64,000 nt of DNA, from contig JAYWIR010000020.1 in assembly GCA_036172245.1 (NCBI GenBank), positions 1,426,001 through 1,490,000 of the forward strand, given 5' to 3'. Both the position numbers and the translations under genes were made by a program. The notes under the pieces were generated by a model. The model did no database searches. It was given only the letters and a program-made list of their open reading frames with translations, and had not been told where the DNA came from. Every line of letters starts with the position of its first letter. The first letter of the stretch is position 1. This stretch comes from Raillietiella orientalis. Taxonomy: Eukaryota. Positions 11,501-23,999 of the stretch are shown one piece after another.

Positions 11501-14079
11501 TGAAGCAGAGATTCATCAGGGACAAAAAACAGCATTGGGAGCACATTCACTTCTCTCTGTTTCGAGATCAAGCTGGGATCATGTTCAATGATCCCAGCAT
11601 CTTCGAACTGGTGAAGGAGTTTCCAACATTGCAGACGATGTCGAAACATAAAAGTTGTAGTCAAGCACTTCAACGGAGAACAACCTTTATTCTCAGGAAA
11701 CGCCAGAGCTATCTCCACTGATACTCTCGGATGCAATGAAGGCATTAAGAGCAATGAACTTGGCAGACACCATTCCCGCTTCCAAGCAGACGCTCAAAAA
11801 GCAGAGAAACATTTCCGGAGATTCTTCCTGGGAAAGGCTTCGGTTTCCCTTAAGCAGCCTCCTGAGGGAGAAATCGGGAAGCTCGAAATCCCTCAATGAG
11901 TTTCGATTTCGTTGAGCAACACCTTTGAGCACCATCTTGTTTGAGTAAGAGGGAGAGGTGGAATAGTGGTCTCTCTCTCTCGTGTGACTTGATGTGACGC
12001 GAGGAGCACACTGCAAGCGCAAAATTCAGCGTTCGCGATTCTGACATGCAAAGGTTCGTGGCGATAATGCAATTTGACTTGGTTTCATCATCCAGCATCC
12101 AGTGGAAATCCCTCGAACTCTAATATAAGATTCGAACTTGGTTTCGCTGGACCACTTTGAAGACATGTCGCTTCGGTTCGGTCAATAACAGACAAAGTAC
12201 ACTTTCCCGGGCAAGTAATCGCCATTTCATCTTCCGAAAGATGTGATGCTCTTTCGCATGCTCTTTCTCTCGTCGCTGCATCTGATTAAGCCAAAAGATC
12301 AGGGGGTCATTGATGTACACAGATGGACTCAATTAACTGCTGACTCATCTTTAATCAGGTATTTACATTGGGAACATTGTGTACAACATTTCTAGCTTTT
12401 CGAGAGAGCTCAAGATAGACTTTGATTTATGCCGTAAACGTGTAGAATACTGGTAAATGTTTACACTCTAAAATGTAAGAAGTGTGAATGAAAATGTGCT
12501 GAAAATCTATTCTGCAAAAAGGATTGAAAATTAAATGAAAGGAACAGCACTTTGGTTAAAGACTGTGGTCTCACTTAATAAAAGATGACGGCGTATTTAA
12601 ATTTAAACTTATTTGAATTTACTATCATTCAGTTGAAACATTAATTCAATGTAATTAGCATTCGTATGTAACATTAGTATGAGAAGGGAGTGAAAATAGT
12701 GGAAAGTGTTTGTAGAATAGGAATTGTTTGCAGGTTAGTACGAGTGCTTTCTTCAGAGAAAATTGTACTTTGGTGCAAAGATTTTCCTTAGAGCAAGTTG
12801 TACATTAGCACAAGCATGTTCCACAACTTTTTGCTGAAGGACTGGAATGCATCTCGTGGCTTGTATTATGAAACCGAAAACAACCGGGAATTCGGCTAGT
12901 TCTATCTAATTAACGTAATTCACTTTGCTCACGACAGACTGGAAAATTTGTGGATGGGTGTGGAACGAACATGATAGAAATAGATGCGTCAAGTTTGGGA
13001 TAAAGTTGTGCAAAGGCTATTTGTAACGACTTTCACGTTCGATTTTCCAGAAGCTTTTATGATACGGTATGTATTAAAATTAAATACAGTGACAGTTGGA
13101 GCCATTTGATTTGGATATAAAAGACGGTTTAAAGTCGTCATTAATTATCTGACATGTCCATTGGGCGGCAGCATTTGAGAAGAAGCATAATTAGCACGAG
13201 TTATTTGGCAGCCTGGTTTTTTCGTACAGCTGGTGGAGGAAATGAACGAAGCCTCTAGAGCTGATGGCCAGAGCGGAACTGGGAATGTATTGGGAGAAGG
13301 CAGCCTCTGCGATCCTCGGTGACAAGGAGACACGCAGAAGCTTCTCCGAAGAAACTCTGCAATGCACTCCCACAAACTTCCTCAGCAATGAGTCTTTGTG
13401 TGCTCCAGTGGTGCGGACTCGTTGATGGAAGAAACAAATATTCTTCCTCTTGCATTGCACGGATGGAGAGAAGGAATGCGGAAGCATGACTTTCAGTTCC
13501 TGAGATCACCCGGATCAGTCTTCAGTCACTAGGATCTTTCCCGGAAAAAATACGATGGCCTTTTTCGCCAGCAGCAACCCTCCACATCTTCGAGGCCATT
13601 TTTCTATCCTCCTTTGGCGTGGAATGTTTCTTCGACAGGAAGACGTCTAGGCATTCTGCACTCAAGCGAGGATGGCTCGAAGCGTGAAATTCGAAGATGG
13701 GTTTTAGATAACGGTTATGGAGCAATAAGAAACTTTTTTTTGGTGCAACTTTACCTGAAAGAAATGTCGAAACCAGGATAGTCCTGGAGCATGTGCCGGT
13801 CCTGTGTTTGAGCTTCCAATGGCAAACATGTGACTCCTCCTGAAAGCATTTCGAAGAGCCTACATTTCATAAAGGAATGCTTACGGTGTTTGAAACTCGC
13901 GAATCACGCACCAGGAGACAACCATCCGTCGTTATGGGTGAATCATCACATCATCCTTTGTCTTCGTCTCCCGGAAATAAGAACCTGAAAGAGGAAACAA
14001 GGAGGAAACAGAGGTTTTTCAAAGGTAATGCGAGCTGCTCGAAGACATATGCACGGCATTCAGGTGACAACTGCTGTTG

Positions 14080-14800
14080 CGCCCTCGAGTTTGTCATCTG
14101 CTGAATTCAAGGAACAAGTGTGGAGTCCACGCTGTGGGAAATGGTATTTCGACGGCGTTCCATCGGTCCACGCTTGGAGATGTATCCTTCCTCAACGACA
14201 CACTTTCAAGCGTGGACCTGATAACGCACAGTGTTTCGAACTTTTCCTGTTTACTCCCCGGTCGCGGCGTCTTCGGAGAGTGCGGAATTTCGCCTCACCC
14301 CGGAAAGCTGCTGTCGGCCTTTCTCTGGTGTCGGCCCGCGGCAAATCCTGCATCTCGCCTCCGTGGCAGGTGCTTCCCGATGCTGCGATCCACTGAGGGG
14401 CATGGACGTCCCCTACAGGGAGGTCGAGAGAGCTTGTCCGAGGGCTGCCTTGCGCTGCTGTCCGACGCATCAGAACGCCTGAACGAGCGATTGGCGGTCT
14501 GTGACCCGGTGGCTCGGTTCCCACGAGCTTCTTCCTTTTCCAGCATCGCTGCCGGGTCCACTCTTGGAACCGCATGCTTCGACCTCCGCGGCGGATCCGT
14601 GCTTCCTGCTGCAAGGCAGAGCGTTCACGCTGAGGCTGCTGCTGCTCCGCTTGCACGTCGCGTCGCACTGCTGCGACCGGAAGTATTCCGAAGCTCAGGG
14701 GTGGCGGGGGCAACAGACATTCCGATCGCTTGCGTGCACTGGCAAAGTGTCTTCTCGCGTGTCGGCTGGTGGATTGATGGCCTTGGTTGATGACGACCGC
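14080..14800 (+). mobile_element. Possible degenerate non-LTR RT remnant (CRE-like)
   Basis: GNGISTAFHRS (like D..NAFN), ECGISPHPGKLLSAFLW (like G..QGdpL..lF), later DPCFLLQGRAFTLRLLLLRLHV and RSLAC; correct order but very decayed. Confidence 0.3.
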
Positions 14801-15164
14801 CTAAGGGTATGCACAACATCCTCGAAGGGAGGCAGGCCCTTTCGCGCTCACCACATCGCGCCTCCGATGAACCCTAGGAAGCGAACCAGACGGGATCAAC
14901 CAGAAAGAAACGCAGGACCAGAGCAGCAGAGCAAGAACTTCCCTCTTGCTTCTTCTCTCGTCGCGCCCGGGATGCGATCTCGGACGGGCACTCGCGGAGG
15001 CAGCAGCGAGTCGCCGAGCGAAATGGAGGTTGGTACTGCCTGCGGCTCCTTATGCCGAGTCCGCTCGCCCTCCATTCCGCCCCACGATTCTATTTTATAA
15101 AGTGTGTTAGCACAAATTAAGGAATCGTTGGATGGTCCGTATTCTGCGGCTGTACGCGTGGACG

Positions 15165-15790
15165 TGCTTGGTGGCTACGTGTGGTTACGGGTCGCCGCTC
15201 GTGGTACCAAGCGTTGCGCGGGCTCAAAGCTCCCCCTGTGAAGGTCGAAACGAGGGGGTAGCGTCGTGGGTTCCTCATCCTCTCCCCTCCCTCCCCCGCA
15301 GGATGGCTCTGATTGACCCACGGGCTTCGGGAGCGGCACTGGTGCGACGCGCATGAGCGTTGGAAAAACCGGATGCCAGTTAGCTTGCAGAATTCGGAAC
15401 TCGGCCCTCCGGGGTCCTTCCAGAAATTAAAGAGTCGGTTTCCTTCGGGTTTCCCCTTCAGTTGTGCAAATGGGATCGATCCTCCATATCATTCATGGAG
15501 TTGGCTTCCACCCTTCCTTAGGGGACTCTCCTTCAGAGTGCCGGAAGCGCTCTGCTCCCTTCGGGGAGAGCCCTTCAGAGGAGTAATCAAGGAGCGGATC
15601 TTTTCCGGGGGACACCTCCGGAGGAGGTGGAAGTCTTTATCGAGGGGACCCTTTGATAAAGACCGGCACCCTTAAGGAATTCCTTAGGACACAATCCTCC
15701 TTAGATTCAGAGGAACGGACTGCCTTCATCAGGGTGATCCGTCAGTGGTTGTTCGAGTTCCACGCACCCTCGGGTTGCACCGACAGTCCC
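15165..15790 (+). mobile_element. SINE-like family A, copy 2
   Basis: Head GTGGTTACGG at 15181, second box GCGTCGTGGGTTC at ~15261, core GGGGTCCTTCCAG at ~15411, tail motif CACGCACCCTCGGG at 15761. Confidence 0.65.
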
Positions 15791-15839
15791 CCTCCCCTTC
15801 TCTAAACGTGTGAGGTAGCACTGTGGGGTCATCGTCGAG

Positions 15840-16230
15840 GGACGCTTCTAAAGGGTGCCCTGTGGTCTTCTCTGTTTTCCTTCCAGCTCTTTCTTTTCCT
15901 TTTTTTTTGGTTCGCGAAGCACCCCAAGAACCGTCGTTCGTCGGCCCACTCTTCAGCACTGTCCACGCCGCCCGAGGGTGCGTGTTGACTCTTGAAGTTA
16001 GGAGTACTCCGGTAGGGAATCACCCCATGAGTCCAGGAAGGGTTCTGGAGAAAGGAGTGCGTTCCTCTCGCGCCGGGGGAACCTCTTTCCTATTCTCCCC
16101 AGAGGGACCCCGGAGGAGACCGCTCCATTGTTTCTTCTCGGGAAGGAAGCCTCAAGGGAATCGCTTCTTGTTTCTGACTTCCTCTGGGAAGAACTCCGAA
16201 GGGAAACCGCTTCCAAGAGCTAAGAGGCGG
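15840..16230 (-). mobile_element. SINE-like family A, 3-prime half, copy 3
   Basis: Reverse complement matches 20620-20980 and 52050-52410 (CCTGGA.TCAT...CCTAACTT.AAG.GT..ACACGCA, A-rich tail). Confidence 0.7.
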
Positions 16231-17649
16231 ACTGTTCCCGAGCATCCCAGCGAGTCCAAAATGGATTTCCACGTGGTCGTTTTCCCAAGATGCCTCCGAG
16301 CACACGTGGGGTTTTCACCGTGCTCCCGTCATGCGCGCATGCGCTCTTCGTGCGACGACCCGGTTGTGTGTGTACATGAGGGACAGTTTTACTCTGCCCA
16401 GCTGTGTACACGCGCGAGCCCCTCCGCGATGCGGCTGCCGCTACGCGCGTGCGTGTCTCCAAGTGACCACCTCCCTAGCTCAAGGCTCGAGGCGATCAAA
16501 CCGGTCGATAGGCGAACAAGTCCCGTCGGAGAAAGCAGGATGCCGCATCGAGCTCCTTGGCGGGCAGTACCGGAGTGATTCGTCCTCGCCCCGGAGCTGC
16601 CCTGCTGCGAGGAACTCTCGCACTTCTAGAATTCCGGTGAAGAGGCTGTTTCCTCGTCTCGCAAGGGTCACATCCTCCTGGAGCCGCTCCAGCCGCGCTC
16701 TTCTCCCCTACACGCATGACCTTCGCGCCTTTCCACCCCAGAGTTTCGTTTCCCGAAGGATTGCACGGTGATGGAACGGGAAGTAGTCGGCAGCAGCGGC
16801 AGAGGCAACTGAAAGAGTTGCAGCTGCAACGGACTTCGGATAAAGTAGGGTGATCTATCTTGCCGCTGCTCCTCAGCAGACCGGATGCTCATTCCTCGCA
16901 CCAAGTGGTTTCTCCCCCCCCCCCCCCCCAGTCCCAACTGGGCGCAGATCTCGCTTCTTCACTTAGCAACCGCGATGGCGACGGCACAGTGATGAGGTCC
17001 GCGCAAGACTACCTTGTCTCGTTTGTAGGGGGGTCCAAAAAGAAACACTGTCTTGGGAGAGTGGGATGAGAGGCGGTGGCGGCGTAAAGATGACGGAATT
17101 CCGTTCTTGTGAGCAATTGGGTCCGAGGTTCCTGTTCCAGAGTTCAGGAGCTAAAGAAGATGGAGACGCTCTTTGCTTTCTTCTCCAATCGCACGGCGCC
17201 GCGACTCGATCTCCAGACGTCGCTTTGACCAGAAGCATCTCCAGCATCCGCCATCCCTTCTGTCGAGCTGAAACTACGACGACACATCCCGGGCTCGGCG
17301 TGCCCAGAGGAAGCGGAATTCTTGCCGCTCGCACCGACCCTCTCCTAAACGCGATGCAGTGACCTCCGCGTGAGCGGGAGAGATGCGACCGAATGACCGC
17401 GGGAAATGAAATCCGGCGGCCGTGGTCGCGAGGACCGACGCTCGGACAAACCTTCCAGAAATGGATCTATGAAACTGCCTCCCACGAACCGTTTCGGTTC
17501 GAATTCCTCAGGCTCGAGGCGGTCGTCTTCCGCCAGTCTCGCGCCTCGGATGCTCCTCCAGCGTAAGCAGGGGACTCACGCCATCGTCCCGGCTACCGGG
17601 AAGCAACCAGGGTGTGTCCATTTCAAAATAAGAGCAAAAAGCACGTCTC

Positions 17650-19520
17650 ATCAGGAAGATGGAGAGTTCTGCTTGTCAGAGGGAACCCTCGTCAAAAACG
17701 ATCTTTCCTGGGGAGTCCCTTGTCGTGCAGAAACAGCTGGTCTCTCTCTTCGTATCCTTCAGTGGATCCAGAGTTCCTGAATCGCCGTCAGAGAACTCCG
17801 TGAATCTTTGGCCACTCCACGGAGTCTTTCTTCTGGGCTGCTCGTCCTTTTGGATGCTCTTCGTTGGGCCTTCCGTGCGCTTTCGAGTGAACCGAGATCG
17901 TCCGAATTCGAGATCGCTTTCCTTGTTCCCATCAGACGCAGCAACCAATCCTTAAAGCTTCCCCAGCCTCTGGGGGACGGGAGCGAACTCTCCCTCGCGT
18001 GCCTTGGGTGTGCTGCAGCAGGCACGTCGACTCCCCTGGTGATGCCCCATCCAAAACCTGCACAGGACAGTGCTGACCTCCACATGCAGTGAGCCACGAC
18101 TTATCCCCGGTAGGTCGATTCCTCTCTGGGTCACCTTCTACCACGTGTGGCCTGGAGCAACGGCGATTGAAAAAATGAAGGAAAAGTAGTGGGCCATTCC
18201 GTCCTATCTAGCCCTTTGATTGGGACGCCGCTCTCAGTCACCCGTCTGCTCAAGAGAGGTGGGACGGAATGGCCCAAGCTGGGACGTGCAACCCAAAAGA
18301 ACCTTTGGACGGTTGTGGTGAGGCTGGAGTGACACCTTCCGTCCCCGCCCGATCCGGAACTCCTGCTCATCATCGTGAGGCTGATCCATCACCCTTTCTA
18401 TCCATTTCTGCATTTATTGATCATCCCGTTTCTTTCTGAACTGCTTCTCCGGTTCAGCCTCTAGTGAGATTGGTTTCGCCTCGTTTCGAGCCGGCACGAG
18501 TCGATCCTTCCTCAAGGTAAAAATTTCATGTGCGGGTCCGAGGATTCTGGCCATCCTCCGGGGATTACTGTGCCGACTTAGTTACCCTCTTCAATGGGCA
18601 TCTGGAGAGAGAGATTGTGGAGTTCTCTCTCTTCGTTTCCAGTCCATATGTTCGCGAGACACCCCACATCCAGAACTGCGTCTCGATCTCTTCTTAACGG
18701 AGGGCCGCGGCTCGGTCAGGCGTTCTCTGTCCCTCGATAGGAAGGCTCGTCATCTTCCTCGTGCCGCCCATGCAGTACGGTAGTCAGCCACATCACGACG
18801 TTGTCCGAAAGGACGAGAATGCCTCCAGCATTTGTTTAGGTCGTGCTGCAATGGTCTAACGTCGTGATCCTTTCACACTCTAGCCATGCTCCTCGTGGAC
18901 AGCGATTTTGGTCAGGTAGCATGTCTGGATCTATAGTACGGGAACCGAGGGGGTCCGCTAGAGGGTAGAAAGTGAGACGGAGCTCCTGAAGCGAAGTGTA
19001 TGGGGGAATCCCATGCAACCGCACCTTCGCCACTGGACACGGGGAAGCGTGGGCACTGAGTGCGACAGGTACGGGAAGAAGGAAACCATCCCACATCTGC
19101 TGCTAGGCCCTCCGACCCCTTTGAGATTGCCCTGTGACGACCCTGGGAATCCCTGATGGGCGGCTCAACGACATTTTCAGATGCCTTTTCGTGCGTGGCG
19201 CACTGCCGCCTGCTGCATCCCTATCAGTTCTCTGCTGTCTTCGAGGGATCGCGATGGCCTGGAAAGCAGGAAGAGCCAAAATGGAAGGGAAGCCATCCAC
19301 TGGGTGCTAATCTCCTTGAAGACCTTCACAAGATGGCCCCACTTGGTCAATATACGGACCAAACTTGTCAGCATCCTGGACAGGTTGCAGAGGACGCCTT
19401 GCAGCAAGCAGTGATGCCTTCCTCGGTTCCCCCTCCTCCTTCCGTCCATCTCCCCTTCCTTCCTGAGTGAAACTTTCCATCCTTTTTTTGTCTTTCTTTC
19501 TTTTTGTTTTTGGTCTTCCT
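17650..19520 (+). mobile_element. Decayed L1/Tx1-type LINE, ORF2 3-prime part; same family as the 42.9-46.4 kb element
   Basis: ECDRYGKKETIPHLLL (19058), LFVRGALPPAASLSVLCCLRG (19185) and KTFTRWPHL align to NCARCREKENFPHLIV, LFVREAMTPAAAIAALCCVRG and KMAFKWPHL at 43.0-43.3 kb; T-rich 3-prime UTR follows. The 5-prime extension to ~17650 is weaker. Confidence 0.65.
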
Positions 19521-19729
19521 TTTCCCTTCTCTGCCCAAGTGGACCTCGGCAGTCTGCGTACAGGCTCATTGCACGTAGAAGGAAAGGTTATATCACAAAA
19601 ATGTATTTTTATTATTGTTTTCGATAATAAAATGCCCCGGAAAAACCGGGTGAAAAACTTCACCTTCTCCCACTCGTATTCCGTATTTCCCCATTCTCCA
19701 CTATTATCTCGCATCTCCTAAGCCCGTTG

Positions 19730-21300
19730 AGTGCTGTGGACGCATATACGCTCCCGAAGAAAACAATCAGCGTGCGCTATGGATCGCAGAGCGGGGAGGA
19801 GGAGCTCCTCGGTGAACGGGTCAGAGGGCGCGGGCAGCTCGAGACGGCTGCCCGTGGCAAAGTCATCCGGTCTGCTGGACGCCCGGTGCGCCCGACACAC
19901 TCCCGTGCAAGCAGCGTTTTCGCTGCCCTGATGGGAAGACTGAAACCAGGAGAACCATCCTGGTTTCTCCGCGTACGAATGCCCCTTCTCTTCAAGGAAG
20001 GGCACTCCTAGTCTTCGACGATGGTTCTGGAGTGACCTTGGTCAGAGAAGCTTCTTGCTTCTTTCAGGAGGGGAGTCATCAGTCCATCAAAGCACCGGGT
20101 ATTGGTCACGATCGTATTCTGGCGAGGATTACTCCCTGGAAGATCCATTCTAGGATGACTGCTGTCGCCCACGTGGCTGCGGTCTGTGCGCCTGGCACCA
20201 CACGTCGCGGGTTCGAATCCTGTTCGGAGAGGGATAAACTCCATAGAATTCAGTGCATCGTGGGTTCCGGGTTCCTCTTGCAAGATGAAGCTGGTTGGCC
20301 TCTATTCTGGTGCGGCAGTGTTAGCTGAAAAACTAGATGCCCCCGATGAATGGCCAGGATTGGGAGTCGACCCTCTGGGATTCTTCCAGAAAACAGAATC
20401 AAGGAGTCTGGTTTTCCTCTGGTTGTGTGAAAATAGAGTCGTCTTCCCCCCCCTCCCTCAGGGGGTATCCTCCATCTCGTAGCATGAAGCTGATGGGTTG
20501 ATGCCTCCTCTCCAGAGTATCAAGAAGCGCTCTGCTCCCTTTGGGAAGCGCCTTTCAGAGAAATTTGGAAGTGCCCCTCAAGGTTCCCTTCAGAGAAGTA
20601 AAAACAAGAAGAAGTGGTTCCCTTGCGGGATCCCTCTGGTGAGAATCAGGAATTCTTTCCCATTCGGGGTTCCCTTCGGAGATAACCAGGATGGAGGGTT
20701 CCCTTCGGAATTCCCTCTCAGGAATGGACTCCTTCTTCCAGAGCCCTTCCTGGATTCATAAGGTGGTCCCCTCTCGGGGTACCCCTAACTTGAAGGGTTG
20801 ACACGCACCCTCGGGGAGTGTGGAGCACTGCTGAAGAGCTGCTGCGTGAGCCGCCGCTAGACGCGCTAAGGTTCTTCAGGTGCTCAAAGAACCAAAAAAA
20901 AAATAAAGGAAACCCGAAAAAAAAAAAAAAGCCGGAATGAAAGCAGCGAAGACAGAAAAAGAAACCCCAAAGGATTTCCATCATCTTAGTCCAATTGCCA
21001 CGATCTCCTCGTGGGGTTCTTACTGGGCAGGGTTGCCAAGGTGTTTGTGCGGATGCCGGACCACATCGGAATTTCCGATCGGTTTATTCTGAAAGCGGTC
21101 GCCCATGCCTAGAAGGCGCGGTCAATGCGCAGTGGGTATGAGGCGCGTCCTTGGGCTTGTAGATGATCTGTACAGATCCTCGAGTGAGCTGAAGTGCTCT
21201 GGCATGCTGGAGAATTTTTTTTTTCTCCTAATGAACGGCTCGAGGACAATCAGGGCTGAGGCCGGAAATGCAGCGATCGTCCTGTCACCGGGAATGGATC
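19730..21300 (+). mobile_element. Possible decayed non-LTR RT remnant interrupted by SINE-like copy 4
   Basis: PVAKSSGLLD and PSWFLRVRMPLLFK before the SINE; LGLVDDLY after it (~21160). Order fits RT subdomains but similarity is weak. Confidence 0.28.
20165..20985 (+). mobile_element. SINE-like family A, near full-length copy 4
   Basis: Canonical Pol III B-box GGTTCGAATCC at 20210-20220, second box CATCGTGGGTTC ~20255, family core, ~40-bp subrepeats and A-rich tail at 20890-20960. Confidence 0.78.
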
Positions 21301-21699
21301 GCGCAGGAAAGCGGATTCTTCCCTAGGCAGGGTGGAATCGTCCCCCGTGCTTCCAGCAGACGAAAGGCATTCTTCCTGAGCTCGCAGCCCGAGGGGTGAT
21401 CGTGGCCGCTTCGTGCATGCGCCCTCGAACGAGCGGCAGCGCAGGCCGCAGCTGCCTCGTTCCCGTTTGCTTAGAGGGGCGACGAGCAGCTTCATGAACG
21501 ATCCTCCCCTTCGTCCATGCCATTCGTGGATGTCGAACGAACAACAACAGCAGCAGCAAAGTGTTGGGCACTGCACTTAAGGGCGGTCTCGCCTCTGTTG
21601 GCGAAGCGTCCAGATCCTGTGAGTGTGCGGGTAGAGGAGGAGGAGATGGAAGGGAGGAATCGAGGAGGAGGCGGTAGAAGAGGAGGAGGAGGAGAGGAA

Positions 21700-23650
21700 G
21701 AGCTGGGGATGCTGGAGGCTTCCGTCACTGGCGTGCGCCGGGAGCCGGGTCAAAAGCCGTCTCGGCTCACCCCGGGATCGGCGGTCGGGGTGCTGGGCGG
21801 CCAGTGTGCTCCACCCCTGTTCTCGTGGGTCCACTGGGGTCTTCCCGCGACGTGCAGGCCAGGACGCGCTGCCTTACTCGAGTTCGTTCTGAGCTCTGCA
21901 CTCAGGGGCGGCAGTTTCTCCTCGATGACGTCACGTAATGGGGGATTGCGGAACAACCGCTTCCGTGATCCCGTGGCGATGACGACGACGCGATCATCGT
22001 TCGTCCGGATGGGTTGTGCCGCCAACATTGCACTCCCCACGGTGGCGACTGCCACGGTCGCGTACTTGGCAACGCACAGAAGCAGTGTGTTCACGTGGCT
22101 CCGTGGGAACACGCCGTCGATGGTTTTTGGGAGCATCCGGAGAAGGGGGGCATCGCTGTGTCCTAGGAGCGACGGCCGTGGTCGACGTTCCCTCTCAGGA
22201 GTGCTTGAACCGTGGGATCCGACGCTGCAAGCAGCGCAATGGCGCTACCTCCTGAGGGAGCGGTTCGTCTTTCAGGAGGTAACCTTGGGAAACAGCTCGC
22301 AAGCTCCGGTCGGATATTCCGTTCTATTTTCCTCTCCACTGTCCCTCTGCCGAGTGACTCCTCGTCCGGCTTAATTCAGTCTGGAGCAAAGATCTCTCCT
22401 CGAAAAAAAGGCATTAGAATGCGGAAACTCTGGATCGCCTGACTTCCGCTCGCCGCAGAGACCTCGTCGGGCGCTTCCTGCATTTCCTCGCTTCTCTCTC
22501 GCCTGAGAGCGCCCTTTTGCGGACGCAGGCGCTTCCGATTCCCTTTCCAGGAGAGAGGAAAGGTCTTGCGCCAGAGCCGCAACTCTTCCGGCAGCAGAAA
22601 AGACACAGGCAGAATCCCATCGGGAAGAAGTGCAGATCCCTGTTATTTTCCCTGTGACCTTTCTCAGTCTCTGGATGTCCAGTGACGAACGTGGGAGGAG
22701 AGCGAGAAAGAAGTGGAAGGAGTGAGGCAGAGATGCGGTGCGGAATTTGGGCAGTACAGGACGGTCGGGTGGTCAGGAAGCGAAAAGATGTGTCGGCTCT
22801 CGTGCGGCCCGAGCATCCATCCACCTCACCTCCAAGAGGCCCCCAAACCACCAAGGGAGAGAGGTCGCGGCAAACCGGAGAGGAGGATGGGCGGTGTCAC
22901 TTTCGCCTGCTCCTAAGAGTGGGGACAAGCCTCCTTTCGCACCACCTAGGGGCGGTTCGAGTCCTTCCGAGAAAGTGCATTGGCTCGAGCAGTCAGTCCA
23001 TGCGACCACTCCGTCGCTCTCGTCTATCCCACCTGCTCAGCTCCAGGAGGCGCTCCACGGGCTCGTGGGGAGGTGCCTTCTCTTTGCAGGAAGAGAAGGT
23101 GGAACTGAACGGCGGGCCCGAAAGCTCACCTCCGGGTGGGGATGTCTCTTCCCCCACTTGCGTGCGTACCGACGGTCTCAGCTCACCGCCGCGAGGTGGC
23201 GTACAAGTAGCACACCATTTGGGGCATTTCTCCTACCCTAGGCCTGCTGCGTTCTCTCGTTGGCCGCTCTCCCTCCTTTCCTCCCTCCTTTCTCCCTTCT
23301 TCCTCCCTTTCTCCTCTCCACTTCCTCCACTTTCCTCTTCCTCCTTTTCTTTCCCTTCTAGGGAATCTTTACGGCAACCTCCTCCAGGAGCACCCAGCAC
23401 AGCTCCTGGTGTGCGAAAGATCCCTGGACTCAAGAGGGGGAAAGGGGCAGAGCAAGTGAAATCCCTCTCTCCTCCTCTCCGAGGAGAGTCGCACCAGGGA
23501 GGGGCTGGGTGAGGGGTCGCTCCCAAGGGAACCGCGCATCTTTCCCTCCCCACTGCACGCGCCGATCTCGTCAGTGGGTAGGAGACTTCATTCCCCCTTG
23601 GAGCAGCTATTTCTCCGGAGGAGCGGGAAAGGACCCGAAAGTCTTCACGC
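21700..23650 (+). mobile_element. Possible decayed L1/Tx1 ORF2 remnant
   Basis: APE-like spacing in ORF 21517-22374, linker-like WRYLLRERF..LGNSS, and KRGKGAEQVKSLSPPL (~23430; like RGVRQGDSLSPLL). Confidence 0.3.
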
Positions 23651-23999
23651 CAGGCCGGGGCTTGCTTCGACGGGAGGGCCACCCACGGTCTAGATACGAG
23701 ACTGGCGTGAGAAAAATGACGTCATTGAGCTAGACACATCATTCATAAACGATTTTCAACGAAACCAGGGTTTATATGAAGTGTGCGAAACATCACTATT
23801 TTTGAAGCAGACTCACATTACCATCGATTCCATCTCTGCTGATCTTTTCAAGCTCTTGGTCACTTACATTGAGGTCAACGGACCTACCACCCTATATAAT
23901 CCAGAGCTTTCTTTATTTTTCCTTGACTTTTTACTTTAGGATACTTTTAGGATATTTCCTTCCTATCTTAAAGGAAAGTGGAGAGAGGGAAAGGACTTT

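Noticed and set aside
16300..17550. CR1/Jockey-type RT remnant (GLGVPRGSGIL)
   Set aside because: One weak motif without a recognisable YADD; too little to call.
20165..20235. Functional tRNA gene
   Set aside because: B-box is present but no consistent acceptor, D or anticodon stems; it is the head of a dispersed repeat.
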